Shown in pieces: positions 31,181-40,844 of a stretch of 64,000 bases of DNA; within the stretch, counting starts at the first letter, position 1; the number at the start of each line of letters is the position of its first letter. Both the position numbers and the translations under genes were made by a program. The DNA is from an uncultured Candidatus Saccharibacteria bacterium (GTDB lineage Bacteria; Patescibacteriota; Minisyncoccia; Phycocordibacterales; UBA5272): positions 142,758 through 206,757 of the forward strand of contig CAZUPO010000001.1 of NCBI GenBank assembly GCA_964621595.1. The letters are read 5' to 3'. The notes under the pieces are model-generated. The model had not been told where the DNA came from and did no database searches. It saw nothing but the letters and a program-made list of their open reading frames with translations.

Positions 31181-31256
31181 AGGGGGGTTCGTTGGCTCTC
31201 GTCGCAGGTCGCGACGCAAGGTGCGTAACGAGATGCGAGAGAGGACGAACCCCCCT
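31181..31256. other. Branched GC-rich stem-loop at 3' end of the GC-rich cassette
   Basis: 12-bp stem 31181-31192/31245-31256 with inner CTCTCG/CGAGAG and ACGCA/TGCGT helices. Confidence 0.65.
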
Positions 31257-31307
31257 CTTTTTAACGTCGCGTGGACGTGGCAGCCTTTCCCTGCCAATTA
31301 TTGTTGA

Positions 31308-31526
31308 TTAGGAGTTCTTGGCCGCAAGAATTGCAATCGCAATCACCGCCATGAATCCCAGGAATATCCCGCCGTTGGACTGCAGGGCAAAAGCAATATC
31401 CCTGATCCAGGAGGCAAGGACACCTCCGACGTTGTACGTCACGAGGACCAGGATGATCACGACCGCGATCACTGCTTTCAGCCACCCTGGCGTACCACTG
31501 CCGTGGCCGTGAGCGTCACCGCTCAT
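31308..31526 (-). CDS. Orphan two-TM protein, 72 aa
   Basis: AAAGGTAGG SD-like sequence; GC-rich codons; two hydrophobic helices. Confidence 0.75.
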   Translation of the reverse strand: MSGDAHGHGSGTPGWLKAVIAVVIILVLVTYNVGGVLASWIRDIAFALQSNGGIFLGFMAVIAIAILAAKNS

Positions 31527-31554
31527 AAAAAACCTACCTTTCCCGGACCACTGA

Positions 31555-32490
31555 TTAGGCCCGTTTTGCGACGATCACAACCCGACTCCCAGGGGAGACG
31601 AGCACCTGATTGAAGCGCGGGAAGTCACGCCCGGCCTCGTGGGCATAATGCCCGTCCTGCTTCAGCAACCTCGCACAGTTATCCGGCGAGGTCTTGCTAT
31701 CGCACACCGGATTCAGCCACCTCGCACAGTTATCCGGCGAGGTCTTGCTATCGCACATCGGAGCAGCATGTTTCAGCTGCCCTTCCTCCACCTTGAGCAC
31801 AACCAGGGTGTAGGAGCCTTTTTGCGCAACTACGCGCTCGAGGCCGTACATCGTGTTGACGCCGCCGATCACGCTGGACGGCTTGCTGAAGTCCCCATCC
31901 ACGTCATCGAAGATGTAGCAGTCGCCCGGGGCAAGTCGATAGACGTTCTTCGTCTTGACCAGAACGCAGCGATCGTACTCATTGGCACCCGGAGACGGCG
32001 TTGCGGTGAGTGCGCTAACGGAAGGAGCTGCTGTGGGTTGTCCACCCCTCAGAATCTGGAGACGTTTGGTCTCCTCTCTTGAGAGGTCAACAACCTTTCG
32101 CGCCTCGGTATCTACCAGCAGCAATTGCTGGCGAAGCGGCTGCATGTCGGTCGTGTAATACTGGTATGCACCAATGGCACACACCGACGCAACGACCGCA
32201 AGTGCGAAGTTGACTAGCCACTTCATGTTTCCACCTCCTTCTGCGCCGGTGCTGCCGGAGTCTTTTCCGTCATTGTTCTTGCCCCCGCGATCCCCCCCGC
32301 TATCACCCTTCTTCTTTTTTTTCTTCTGCTTGTTGTCGTCCGTGGACTTGTTGTCTCCGGACGTGGGGGTGCCGGAACCTGTGGGAGACTGTTCACCGCC
32401 CTGGGCAATGGGCGGATTGACCCCGAGGCGAGCATACAACTTGCGCTCGACCTCTTTGGCCGTATCTGCTTTTCTTGTTTTGGCCGCCAT
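31555..32490 (-). CDS. Orphan membrane-anchored protein with disordered Lys/Gly N-terminus and Cys-containing C-terminal domain
   Basis: TTGACA-17-TAGTAT promoter (32589-32561), TAAGGAG SD; GC-rich; TM at about aa 89-110. Confidence 0.8.
   Translation of the reverse strand: MAAKTRKADTAKEVERKLYARLGVNPPIAQGGEQSPTGSGTPTSGDNKSTDDNKQKKKKKKGDSGGDRGGKNNDGKDSGSTGAEGGGNMKWLVNFALAVVASVCAIGAYQYYTTDMQPLRQQLLLVDTEARKVVDLSREETKRLQILRGGQPTAAPSVSALTATPSPGANEYDRCVLVKTKNVYRLAPGDCYIFDDVDGDFSKPSSVIGGVNTMYGLERVVAQKGSYTLVVLKVEEGQLKHAAPMCDSKTSPDNCARWLNPVCDSKTSPDNCARLLKQDGHYAHEAGRDFPRFNQVLVSPGSRVVIVAKRA
31661..31762. repeat. 51-bp tandem duplication (2 copies, 49/51 identical)
   Basis: 31661-31711 and 31712-31762; encodes CDSKTSPDNCAR twice. 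Confidence 0.95.
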
Positions 32491-32641
32491 GGCCGCGATC
32501 TCCTTATTATTGAACGAACTTGCAATTTTATAATGGATTCTTCACCCATCTTCGGATCTTATACTACATATAACAAACAACTATGTCAAGAAATTGAATA
32601 CTGACCTCCACAAAGATCTCTGTACCCACCACTAAACCATC

Positions 32642-33295
32642 TTAGAAGTCAGAGCCCGTTCTCTCAACACACAACTGATTGGCACAATACCCATCTTTTC
32701 CTGATGTAGTCTTACATGTAGTTGTATCTGCCTTTCCAGTACAAGCATCTCCTGCGGGCAGATTGGCCTTCATAACACACTGTCCACTCTTACATACACC
32801 TGTCTGTCCAGCACAAGCAGCACCATCACCCATAAGGTTACAATTCTCAACCCCACTACTTGCCGCCCCTCCTGTAGGATTACTTCCTCCCCCTCTGAAC
32901 TGAATGTCTGGAATAATGATGGAGGATGTGTCTTGCTTATTCAAAATTGTTTGTTGAGCAAACTTGATGATTCCATAGACGGAGAACATAACAAAAAGCG
33001 CAAGGAGGCTCCAACTCATGAAATCATTTCCGACGTTTACTTTCCCTGAGTCACCGTTGCGCTTACCCCAAATGTACTGAACAATACCCCAGAAAAATGC
33101 AAGCATAGCAAGAGACATGAGCATCTTTGCAGCATTTTTTATGACACTATTGGTAAAAGTTTCTACAAGAAGACCTAGGTTGGAGATCCCCTGCTGCGCA
33201 TCCACTGAACTTCCTTGTGCAAGGGCATACGAAAGTGAACCAACTGCAAGAATTGTTGTTGCCAGGACAATCTTAGTACGTGTTTGTGTAGTCAT
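32642..33295 (-). CDS. VirB2/TrbC-like pilin with Cys-rich C-terminal tail
   Basis: AFFWGIVQYI...MSWSLLALFVMFSVYGII; 8 Cys in two C-terminal modules. Confidence 0.65.
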   Translation of the reverse strand: MTTQTRTKIVLATTILAVGSLSYALAQGSSVDAQQGISNLGLLVETFTNSVIKNAAKMLMSLAMLAFFWGIVQYIWGKRNGDSGKVNVGNDFMSWSLLALFVMFSVYGIIKFAQQTILNKQDTSSIIIPDIQFRGGGSNPTGGAASSGVENCNLMGDGAACAGQTGVCKSGQCVMKANLPAGDACTGKADTTTCKTTSGKDGYCANQLCVERTGSDF

Positions 33296-33386
33296 AATCT
33301 ATGTGTAGTTTCTAATACTCCAAAGTGTACACCAGCGGAGCCAAGAGCGCTACTTGGTAATCCAGAGGTAATAGTACTCAAAACAA

Positions 33387-34364
33387 CTACGGTGTATACT
33401 CTCCGCCTGATCCATACAACATGGTACTTCCGTCAGCACCAGAATCTTGTGATGCTGGAGTGGTCTGCGTACTTGGAGACTGTGTCGTTGGTGCCGGGGA
33501 TGCGGCGGGTGCAATGCGAGAGGGTTGAGTGCCCGAAGGGGTCGGTGTAGTTGTCGCTGGTTGCGTGGTTGCGGTCGGAGTGCCTGGGGTTCCAGGTGTT
33601 GTCCTGCTTGAAGGCGCGGATGAAGATTGTGTTGGTGTTGGGAATATTTTATTAGCGGTTCCTCGTGCTGCCAACAAAAATCCCTGTGCCAAAAATACGA
33701 TAAAGGATGTCGCTATTGCTTTTACTAAGAGACTCTTTGCCTTGGTGAGAGCATCTGGCTTTCCCTGTGCCGCAACAAAGAGGAAACCAGTCCAGACCCA
33801 CATGAGAATAATCCCCGGGTACACAATAAATAATATAATGAGCCTGACAAAATCAAGCATGAGATCATACAAACTCCCAGCCTTTAAAAAATTCGGTAAC
33901 TCTTGCGCCGAGGCCTGGGTGATAGGTATGAATTGGAGAGAAAGAGATTTGAGTAATTCTAGAGGTTCTGCCTTCACACCGAAGTATTGCAAGACGGTAA
34001 GGAGCATGCCACTCAAAACTAATACAATCACCAAAAAATAAATAACCGCGTCCATACTTTTCTTGCGCGCTTCTTTATACGCACTAGCATTCCCTTCCTT
34101 TGCTGCAAACCATGCAGCAGTAAAACGCCACAATATAACAAGAACAAGCCATGGGATACCAATCCCAACGATAATTTTCCCTGCGCCTTGTATCAAACTA
34201 CGAAAGTGTCCAAGATTACATTCTGTGGCAACGGTTGCACCACAGAGACTATCTCCTGAAATAGACCCGCCCGCCTGAGCAAACGCATGTGGAGCAACAA
34301 CAATGAAAAGAGAGATAATAAGAGCACTGAGACCTCCTGTAATGATACTGTACTTTAATTTCAT
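33387..34364 (-). CDS. Membrane protein with two pilin-like hairpins and Pro/Thr/Ser-rich tail
   Basis: EGNASAYKEARK and AQGKPDALTKAK loops between TM pairs. Confidence 0.65.
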   Translation of the reverse strand: MKLKYSIITGGLSALIISLFIVVAPHAFAQAGGSISGDSLCGATVATECNLGHFRSLIQGAGKIIVGIGIPWLVLVILWRFTAAWFAAKEGNASAYKEARKKSMDAVIYFLVIVLVLSGMLLTVLQYFGVKAEPLELLKSLSLQFIPITQASAQELPNFLKAGSLYDLMLDFVRLIILFIVYPGIILMWVWTGFLFVAAQGKPDALTKAKSLLVKAIATSFIVFLAQGFLLAARGTANKIFPTPTQSSSAPSSRTTPGTPGTPTATTQPATTTPTPSGTQPSRIAPAASPAPTTQSPSTQTTPASQDSGADGSTMLYGSGGEYTP

Positions 34365-34374
34365 ACTATAACTA

Positions 34375-35679
34375 TTACCGACCAGTATATAGATCCTGAA
34401 GCCTTGAGACAAATATAGTGACGGCATCTGTCAGGTCTTGGCGATTCGCAAGGACATCGGCGATCATAGTACTCACACGACCATCGGACTCTCTGTAAAA
34501 ATTATCGTACCACCCACGAGCAACCAACATACTTCTAGCAAGGACTGGATCAAGACCCGGTGTCGCAGCGAACTGTCGTGACGCAGGTAGGGCACCAATA
34601 CTTGTAGCGAGTGCTTGAGCGATCACACCACTTCCGAATTGCGATTGCACAGTGAGCGCAGTCAGGGGGTTCTTCGTTGAAGAGAGTGTGGCAATTGCGG
34701 TTAACTTCATACCAGTTGCGAGTGTGTTGTATCCTCGTGTCTGAGGAAACATGGTCATAGAAATATCTGCTCGAGGATTTTCTGATCGTAATACTTGCAA
34801 ATCACCTGAATATCCTATGTACATCGCCAACTTCTCTGCCAAAAACTGATCGCGTGCATTCCCTGAATACTGATTCCAAGAATACGCCTTTTGGTTCGGA
34901 TCGCCGAATTGAACAAAGAAACGTACGGCAGAAGAAAGTGGGTTCACTCCCCCATCGGCAACCGGATCATTTGCTATCACAGAGTAATAAGGCTCTCCGG
35001 AGGCATTATACTGACGTACGACAGGAGTCTGACCAAGTTGTCCGACAATTGCCATGAGAATATCTTTTGTAAACGGCACAGTAGGGCTCCCAAGAGCAAT
35101 AGCAGAAGTAAGGAATTTTCCCCGAGAATCAAGAGATGTGAGGATTGGTGCATAGGAAGCAACTTCATCCCAGTACATCGGAGGATTGACAACTCCTTTT
35201 TGTGAGAAAAGTGTTCGGTTGTAAAAAAGAACAAGTGGCTCTACAGAAATCGGGAGAGCAAGTGCTCCTCGAGGAGTGAAGAGGACATTTGCTCCGTCAA
35301 TATAAGTATCCTTATACAACTTTTCTGAGATGGAAGCAACCGGGAACGGATAGATTCTACTTTGTTGTGAAAGAATAATTTGATACGGCGCGAGAATAAG
35401 ATCCGGACCCTTACCACTTGCGAGAGCCTCCAGGAGACGCTGCTCGAACCCTTCTTCACGAACTTCTTTATAGGTCACTCGATAATCCTTCGTCGTAGCA
35501 TTAAATTCCTGTACAAGGTCATTACCAACACTTTCTGGATACGTACCCCACAGAACGACTTCACCTTGCGGTAAATCTTTCTTATTCCCAATTGGAATCT
35601 TTCCAGAAAAAATGAGAACCGCGAACACAGTAGCAACTATCCCAAGACCAAGAAGTATCGTGCGGAGCGGTAAATTCAT
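34375..35679 (-). CDS. Extracellular solute-binding protein (sugar-binding family)
   Basis: N-terminal TM, LWG, ALASGKGPD, LP.S.E.LVLFYN, F..EKLAMY. Confidence 0.85.
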   Translation of the reverse strand: MNLPLRTILLGLGIVATVFAVLIFSGKIPIGNKKDLPQGEVVLWGTYPESVGNDLVQEFNATTKDYRVTYKEVREEGFEQRLLEALASGKGPDLILAPYQIILSQQSRIYPFPVASISEKLYKDTYIDGANVLFTPRGALALPISVEPLVLFYNRTLFSQKGVVNPPMYWDEVASYAPILTSLDSRGKFLTSAIALGSPTVPFTKDILMAIVGQLGQTPVVRQYNASGEPYYSVIANDPVADGGVNPLSSAVRFFVQFGDPNQKAYSWNQYSGNARDQFLAEKLAMYIGYSGDLQVLRSENPRADISMTMFPQTRGYNTLATGMKLTAIATLSSTKNPLTALTVQSQFGSGVIAQALATSIGALPASRQFAATPGLDPVLARSMLVARGWYDNFYRESDGRVSTMIADVLANRQDLTDAVTIFVSRLQDLYTGR

Positions 35680-35792
35680 ATAGATCCCCTTAGTGTATAA
35701 AGAATACTCGTCTCGTGCTAGTGGAAAAGGTTATAAATAACAACCTCCCTAGAGAGTTGGGTGCTTAAAGTCTTCAGGGGCACACAATCGAA

Positions 35793-36317
35793 CTACTTAG
35801 AAATCGCAATGAAAGCATAGTGATAGTCTCCAGCAGGAAGATGCTTGAGAATCCGAAAACCATGTTTCTGCACAAGTTGTTCTGCGTAATTCTGGTCGAT
35901 TACGTGATCTTCATGAGGCCCAATACCTCCGTGAGATTCTGACCATTCAATAACAAGCAATTGACCCTCTGGTTTGAGACATTTCTCGATATGTTCCATT
36001 GCTTGATTTGGATTTCCTAGTTGAAACAAAACATTAGAAAGGACAATAGCATCAAGACTATATGCATCGATTGGAATGTATCGCTCTATATCAGCCCAAA
36101 GAATATCCACATTTTGTAATTTTTGCCGCTCGAGAGCGCCAGCAAGGGTGTGCAACATCTCTCTATGGACATCTACAGCAAAGACTTGTCCAACCTCTCC
36201 CACTTCATGAGCAAGTGCGATAGTGTACGCTCCTCCACCACAACCAATATCTGCCACCCTGTCCCCTGGACGAAGATATAATTCCCGCACTAGTTGTTCT
36301 GGAGTAAGAAATGCCAT
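35793..36317 (-). CDS. Class I SAM-dependent methyltransferase
   Basis: VADIGCGGG, AVD, LKPEG.LLVIEW. Confidence 0.9.
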   Translation of the reverse strand: MAFLTPEQLVRELYLRPGDRVADIGCGGGAYTIALAHEVGEVGQVFAVDVHREMLHTLAGALERQKLQNVDILWADIERYIPIDAYSLDAIVLSNVLFQLGNPNQAMEHIEKCLKPEGQLLVIEWSESHGGIGPHEDHVIDQNYAEQLVQKHGFRILKHLPAGDYHYAFIAISK

Positions 36318-36392
36318 TGTGAATTCATCTCAGTATAACTGCCACAGTAGTGCGGTGCTAGTGGATATACCTTTCATGGTAGACTACTGTTT

Positions 36393-37157
36393 ATGTTATA
36401 TCTCTTCACTATTAGTGTGTCGATCGTCGTACTCACTATCCTAGAACACTATTTCCCAGCACAGCAAGAACAAACTCTCCGAGGTAAATTCCGTAACATC
36501 ATATACATACTCATCTATATTGTGGTTGGTATGTACATTACAAAAATTGTTATCCAACGATTTACTGGACTACCGACTCCACTTACAATGAGTGCATTTA
36601 TTCCAACAGCGATTGGAACATTTTGTTCGATTCTTGTTGGGGATTTTATTTTTTATTGGTACCACCGAGCACAACATTCGTTTCCTTTTCTCTGGTCGAT
36701 TCACGAGTTGCACCACGCGGACACAGAATTAAATGCCACCACCTCTCTACGTACATACTTTCTTGAAAACATTCTCCAGACAATTATTATTGCGTTCCCC
36801 CTCATATATATATTTGGAAACTCGCGTGATGTTGTTGTGCTCACAGTCATCTTAACCACACTACTATTCTTTACTCATGCAAATCTGCGTTTATCCATGG
36901 GAATATTCACAAAAGTCCTTACTGGTCCTCAACTTCACCGAATACATCACTCTATAGAAAAACAACATCAGGATAAAAACTTTGCTCAGTTCTTCCCGCT
37001 ATTTGATATTCTCTTTGGCACATACTACCACCCACATAAAGACGAATTTCCAAAAACAGGCGCACCACATTTACGGAGCGACGCGCCGATTACAGAGACA
37101 CTACTGCGACCCTGGAATCAATTACTCGGGAAACTTATGGGGGATCGAGTGGAGTAA
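36393..37157 (+). CDS. Sterol desaturase / fatty acid hydroxylase family protein
   Basis: YWYHRAQH, HELHH, HAN, HRIHH, NFA..FP.FD.LFGT. Confidence 0.9.
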   Translation: MLYLFTISVSIVVLTILEHYFPAQQEQTLRGKFRNIIYILIYIVVGMYITKIVIQRFTGLPTPLTMSAFIPTAIGTFCSILVGDFIFYWYHRAQHSFPFLWSIHELHHADTELNATTSLRTYFLENILQTIIIAFPLIYIFGNSRDVVVLTVILTTLLFFTHANLRLSMGIFTKVLTGPQLHRIHHSIEKQHQDKNFAQFFPLFDILFGTYYHPHKDEFPKTGAPHLRSDAPITETLLRPWNQLLGKLMGDRVE

Positions 37158-37196
37158 CAAACAGGCTTTCCACCTATCACTAAGCCAATTTGTTAC

Positions 37197-37595
37197 TTAT
37201 AGCGTATGTTCTTGTGAACCTTGACGTCGCTGCAAAAATTGCCGTGCAGTAAGCATGTCTTGAATTATTTGAATACATTGTTTGTAAAACTCAACCTCCG
37301 GGAGAATGTTATTATTCTCTGCTACGTATCGTTTAAAGGCTTCAAGTTTTTCCGAATTCCCGTTTTCATCATAGTCCCAAGATGCATCGATTGTAAACGG
37401 GGATCCATCCTCTTGTACTCCGAGCACTCGATCACCGACCTTAACTTCTGTCACCTCGGCAATCCTCTGTAGGCCCTCCACATCACCTTGAGCGATGAGG
37501 GACTCGACTTTTTTCTCGCCTAGAGAAATGACATTTTCTGGTGCTGCTGAAAAACTTCTATCTTCTGGTCTGTCTTGTGGTTGTGCTCCAAACAT
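37197..37595 (-). CDS. Hypothetical acidic protein
   Basis: 132-aa ORF filling the gap between genes; no recognisable motif. Confidence 0.6.
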   Translation of the reverse strand: MFGAQPQDRPEDRSFSAAPENVISLGEKKVESLIAQGDVEGLQRIAEVTEVKVGDRVLGVQEDGSPFTIDASWDYDENGNSEKLEAFKRYVAENNNILPEVEFYKQCIQIIQDMLTARQFLQRRQGSQEHTL

Positions 37596-37656
37596 ATGAT
37601 GTAACTTTTTAGTTGATAGTCTTTACTAAAGTATACACTATACACCCCCAACACGC

Positions 37657-40131
37657 TTAGAGTAAATTAAACGATGCAACTGAATCTCCTTCACGCATCT
37701 TCATGATTCGTACTCCTTGAGTATCGCGACCAAGTGTTGGGATAGATGAAAGTTCTGTCTTAATTACTTGTGATTCCTTTGAAACTGCGAGTAATTCTTC
37801 ATTCTCCGGGGAAACAACTCGCGCGACCATCAACTTACCTGTTTTTTCCGTAATCTTTACCGTTTTGATACCAGATCCACCTCGGTGCTGTGTCTTATAT
37901 TCAGAGAGTTTTGTACGCTTACCATAACCATTTGCTGTTACAACAAGTAATTCGCCAGACTTAATACCCTCAGCAATCTTATCAGCTGCAACAATATAAT
38001 CGCCTTTGTCTAATTTCATACCAATGACACCTGCTGCTGTTCGCCCCATCTCACGAACATCGTTATGGCTAAAACGAATAGACTGACCATTCTGTGTTGT
38101 TAAGATCACATCATCTTTTCCTTGTACAAAGAGTGCTGCAAGGAGTTCATCTTTGTCTTCAAGACGAATAGCGATGAGCCCACTACGACGTACATCTTTG
38201 AAACTCTCCGCGGAGGATTTCTTCACTGTTCCATCCTTTGTGATCATCATAAGCGATACTCCAGAAAGAGCTTTGATGTCCTTTGACATTGGTAAGATAC
38301 TTGTCACCTTCTCACCGTCGGTTAATTGAAGATAATTCATGATACTCTTTCCGCGTGTTGCACGCTTTCCTTCTGGAAGATCATACATCTTGATCTGATA
38401 CGCCTTACCTTTGTCAGTAAAGAAGAGAAGGTCGCTGTGTGATGAAGTCGTGAGTGACATCGTTACAAAGTCTTCTTCTTTAGTATTCATATCAACCACA
38501 CCCACACCTCCACGCTTTTGTGTTCTGAATTCACTTGGATCAGTTCGCTTTACGTATCCACCTGAAGTGTATACAAGTACTTCTTCTTTCTCTGCGATTA
38601 AGTCCTCTGGATTAAATTCCTTCGCGCGATGTTTGACGATCTTGGTACGGCGCTCATCACCATACTTTTCTTTGATGTCTTCAAGTTCTTTCTTGATAAT
38701 CCCCATCATCTTCTTTGGTGAGGCGAGAATAGACTTAAGTTCTGCGATGAGCGCTTGTATTGCTTTCAAATCGTCTTCTATTTTCTTGCGTTCAAGTCCA
38801 GCGAGACGCTGCAATTTCATTTCCAAAATAGCAGTTGCTTGGATCTCAGAGAACTTAAACTTCTTCATGAGTTGCGCGTGAGCATCCGGTGTGTCTTTAC
38901 TCTTCTTGATGGTTTGAATAATCTCATCAATGTGATCGAGGGCTTTTTTGAGACCAAGAAGGATATGCTCTTTCTCGAGAGCGCGCCTTAGGTCAAATTC
39001 TGTACGGCGCTTTACAACATCCTTGCGATGATCGATGAATGACGTGAGGGCGCCTTTAAGTGCGAGAGTCTGTGGAACACCATCAACAAGTGCTACCAGA
39101 TTGTAGTGAAATGTTGACTCTAGTTCTGTATGTTTGTAGAGATAATTGAGAACCTTTTGAGGTTGTGCTCCACTCTTTAAGTCAATTACGACACGAATAT
39201 CCTTGGTCGACTCATCACGAAGTCCTTTGATACCTTCGATTTTTTTATCACGTACGAGATCGGCAATATTTTCAATCAAATTACTCTTAACGACACGAAA
39301 TGGGATAGATGTGATCACAATTTGGAATTGCCCCCCTTTGGTTTCTACTATTTCTGCCTCACCACGAACAACAACCCCACCACGACCAGTTGCGTACGCT
39401 GCACGAATATCTGTCTGCCCAAAAGCAATACCTCCCATAGGGAAATCTGGTCCTTTAATGAAGTCACACAATTCTTCTGTGGTTGCGTTTGGGTTATCAA
39501 TAAGGTGTGCTGTTGCGTCTACAACTTCGTTTAGGTTATGAGGTGGAATATTTGTTGCCATACCCACAGCAATACCGAGCGTACCGTTGAGTAGAAGATT
39601 GGGGACCGCAGTTGGAAGTACACGTGGCTCTCGTTTCGTTCCATCATAGTTTGGCTCCATCTGTACTGTATCTTTTTCAATGTCACGCAAAAGTTCTGTC
39701 GAGAGTTTTGACATCTTTGCTTCTGTATAACGATACGCAGCAGCACCATCACCATCGATTGATCCAAAGTTTCCTTGCCCTAAAATAAGTGGATATCGGT
39801 ATGAAAAATCTTGAGCAGCTTTCACCATTGCGTCATACACTGACGCGTCTCCATGAGGGTGATAGTTACCGAGCACATCTCCTACAATAGTTGCCGACTT
39901 ACGAAATTTAGCACCTGGGGTGAGCCCCATGTTGTTCATGGAGTAGAGGATGCGACGATGTACAGGCTTTAACCCATCGCGTGCATCAGGCAATGCACGA
40001 GAAGTGATAACACTCATCGCATAATCAAGATATGCTTCGCGCATTTCTTGAACAATGTTCACAGGCAGGATAGACACGTGTGAGGCTTGTGCTTCTCCAG
40101 AATCTTCATTTGCGACGGTCTTTTTTGCCAT
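37657..40131 (-). CDS. gyrA: DNA gyrase subunit A
   Basis: [22 protein letters not shown], GyrA-box QKRGGVG. Confidence 0.98.
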   Translation of the reverse strand: MAKKTVANEDSGEAQASHVSILPVNIVQEMREAYLDYAMSVITSRALPDARDGLKPVHRRILYSMNNMGLTPGAKFRKSATIVGDVLGNYHPHGDASVYDAMVKAAQDFSYRYPLILGQGNFGSIDGDGAAAYRYTEAKMSKLSTELLRDIEKDTVQMEPNYDGTKREPRVLPTAVPNLLLNGTLGIAVGMATNIPPHNLNEVVDATAHLIDNPNATTEELCDFIKGPDFPMGGIAFGQTDIRAAYATGRGGVVVRGEAEIVETKGGQFQIVITSIPFRVVKSNLIENIADLVRDKKIEGIKGLRDESTKDIRVVIDLKSGAQPQKVLNYLYKHTELESTFHYNLVALVDGVPQTLALKGALTSFIDHRKDVVKRRTEFDLRRALEKEHILLGLKKALDHIDEIIQTIKKSKDTPDAHAQLMKKFKFSEIQATAILEMKLQRLAGLERKKIEDDLKAIQALIAELKSILASPKKMMGIIKKELEDIKEKYGDERRTKIVKHRAKEFNPEDLIAEKEEVLVYTSGGYVKRTDPSEFRTQKRGGVGVVDMNTKEEDFVTMSLTTSSHSDLLFFTDKGKAYQIKMYDLPEGKRATRGKSIMNYLQLTDGEKVTSILPMSKDIKALSGVSLMMITKDGTVKKSSAESFKDVRRSGLIAIRLEDKDELLAALFVQGKDDVILTTQNGQSIRFSHNDVREMGRTAAGVIGMKLDKGDYIVAADKIAEGIKSGELLVVTANGYGKRTKLSEYKTQHRGGSGIKTVKITEKTGKLMVARVVSPENEELLAVSKESQVIKTELSSIPTLGRDTQGVRIMKMREGDSVASFNLL

Positions 40132-40231
40132 ATGTTATAAGAGTTTTTTACTAATTACGTATCCCTTTAGTATAGCATAAAAATACCCTGTTTTCAAACT
40201 CTATGTAGGGTTAAACCTAGACGCCAGAAAA

Positions 40232-40579
40232 TTACTCATCAACATGTTCCCCATCTCGAGAATACGATTCTGTGCTTTGAAGAAATGTACTCCCATCCTC
40301 CTTGATGCCTTGCCACTTAGTCGACGCTTCATTAAAAAAACCTCTGAGCATATCACCTGGGGACTCTATTTTATCTACAATTATTTCCTGTGACTCTGTT
40401 TTAGTTTCGTCATCGTGCCAATACCCATAATCAAAATAGAGAATCGCCGCGCCAATAAGCGAAGTAAGCCCCGCGGAGACCACGAAAGCAATCATGTGCT
40501 TCACGTGGAGCGATTGCCTTCGCATGATAGAGAGCCAGTGTCTTAGGCTAAGGTATGTTTTAAACCGATGATGAACCAT
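40232..40579 (-). CDS. Hypothetical single-TM protein
   Basis: TATACT 7 nt upstream of ATG; one TM. Confidence 0.65.
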   Translation of the reverse strand: MVHHRFKTYLSLRHWLSIMRRQSLHVKHMIAFVVSAGLTSLIGAAILYFDYGYWHDDETKTESQEIIVDKIESPGDMLRGFFNEASTKWQGIKEDGSTFLQSTESYSRDGEHVDE

Positions 40580-40698
40580 GCATGACAGTATACAGGAAAT
40601 GATCAGTAGTTTTTAGGTGACTGGTATGGGGAAGAAAGAAAAAAGTGGAGAAACTGGTAAGTATGGTTATGTTTATGAGCGTTATTAGTTATTCGTAA

Positions 40699-40718
40699 CC
40701 TGTCTGCCGACAGGCAGG
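40699..40718. repeat. 20-nt palindromic element (copy 3)
   Basis: CCTGTCTGCCGACAGGCAGG = reverse complement of 23376-23395. Confidence 0.85.
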
Positions 40719-40729
40719 TTAGTAATTCG

Positions 40730-40770
40730 TTAGCACTACGACATGCGCTTCGCACGCGTCGTAGTGCTAA
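40730..40770. repeat. Palindrome with GCTTCGC core (REP-like)
   Basis: TTAGCACTACGAC/GTCGTAGTGCTAA 13-bp arms. Confidence 0.7.
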
Positions 40771-40844
40771 TACTTTGATTCTAATTAATTACGAGTAACT
40801 TTTTTCCCTCTACCACCTAACACCTACAACCTATCACCTATCCA

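Noticed and set aside
31661-31762. Possible CRISPR-like or DGR repeat
   Set aside because: Only two adjacent in-frame copies, no spacers, no cas or reverse transcriptase gene, and no adenine-specific mismatch pattern.
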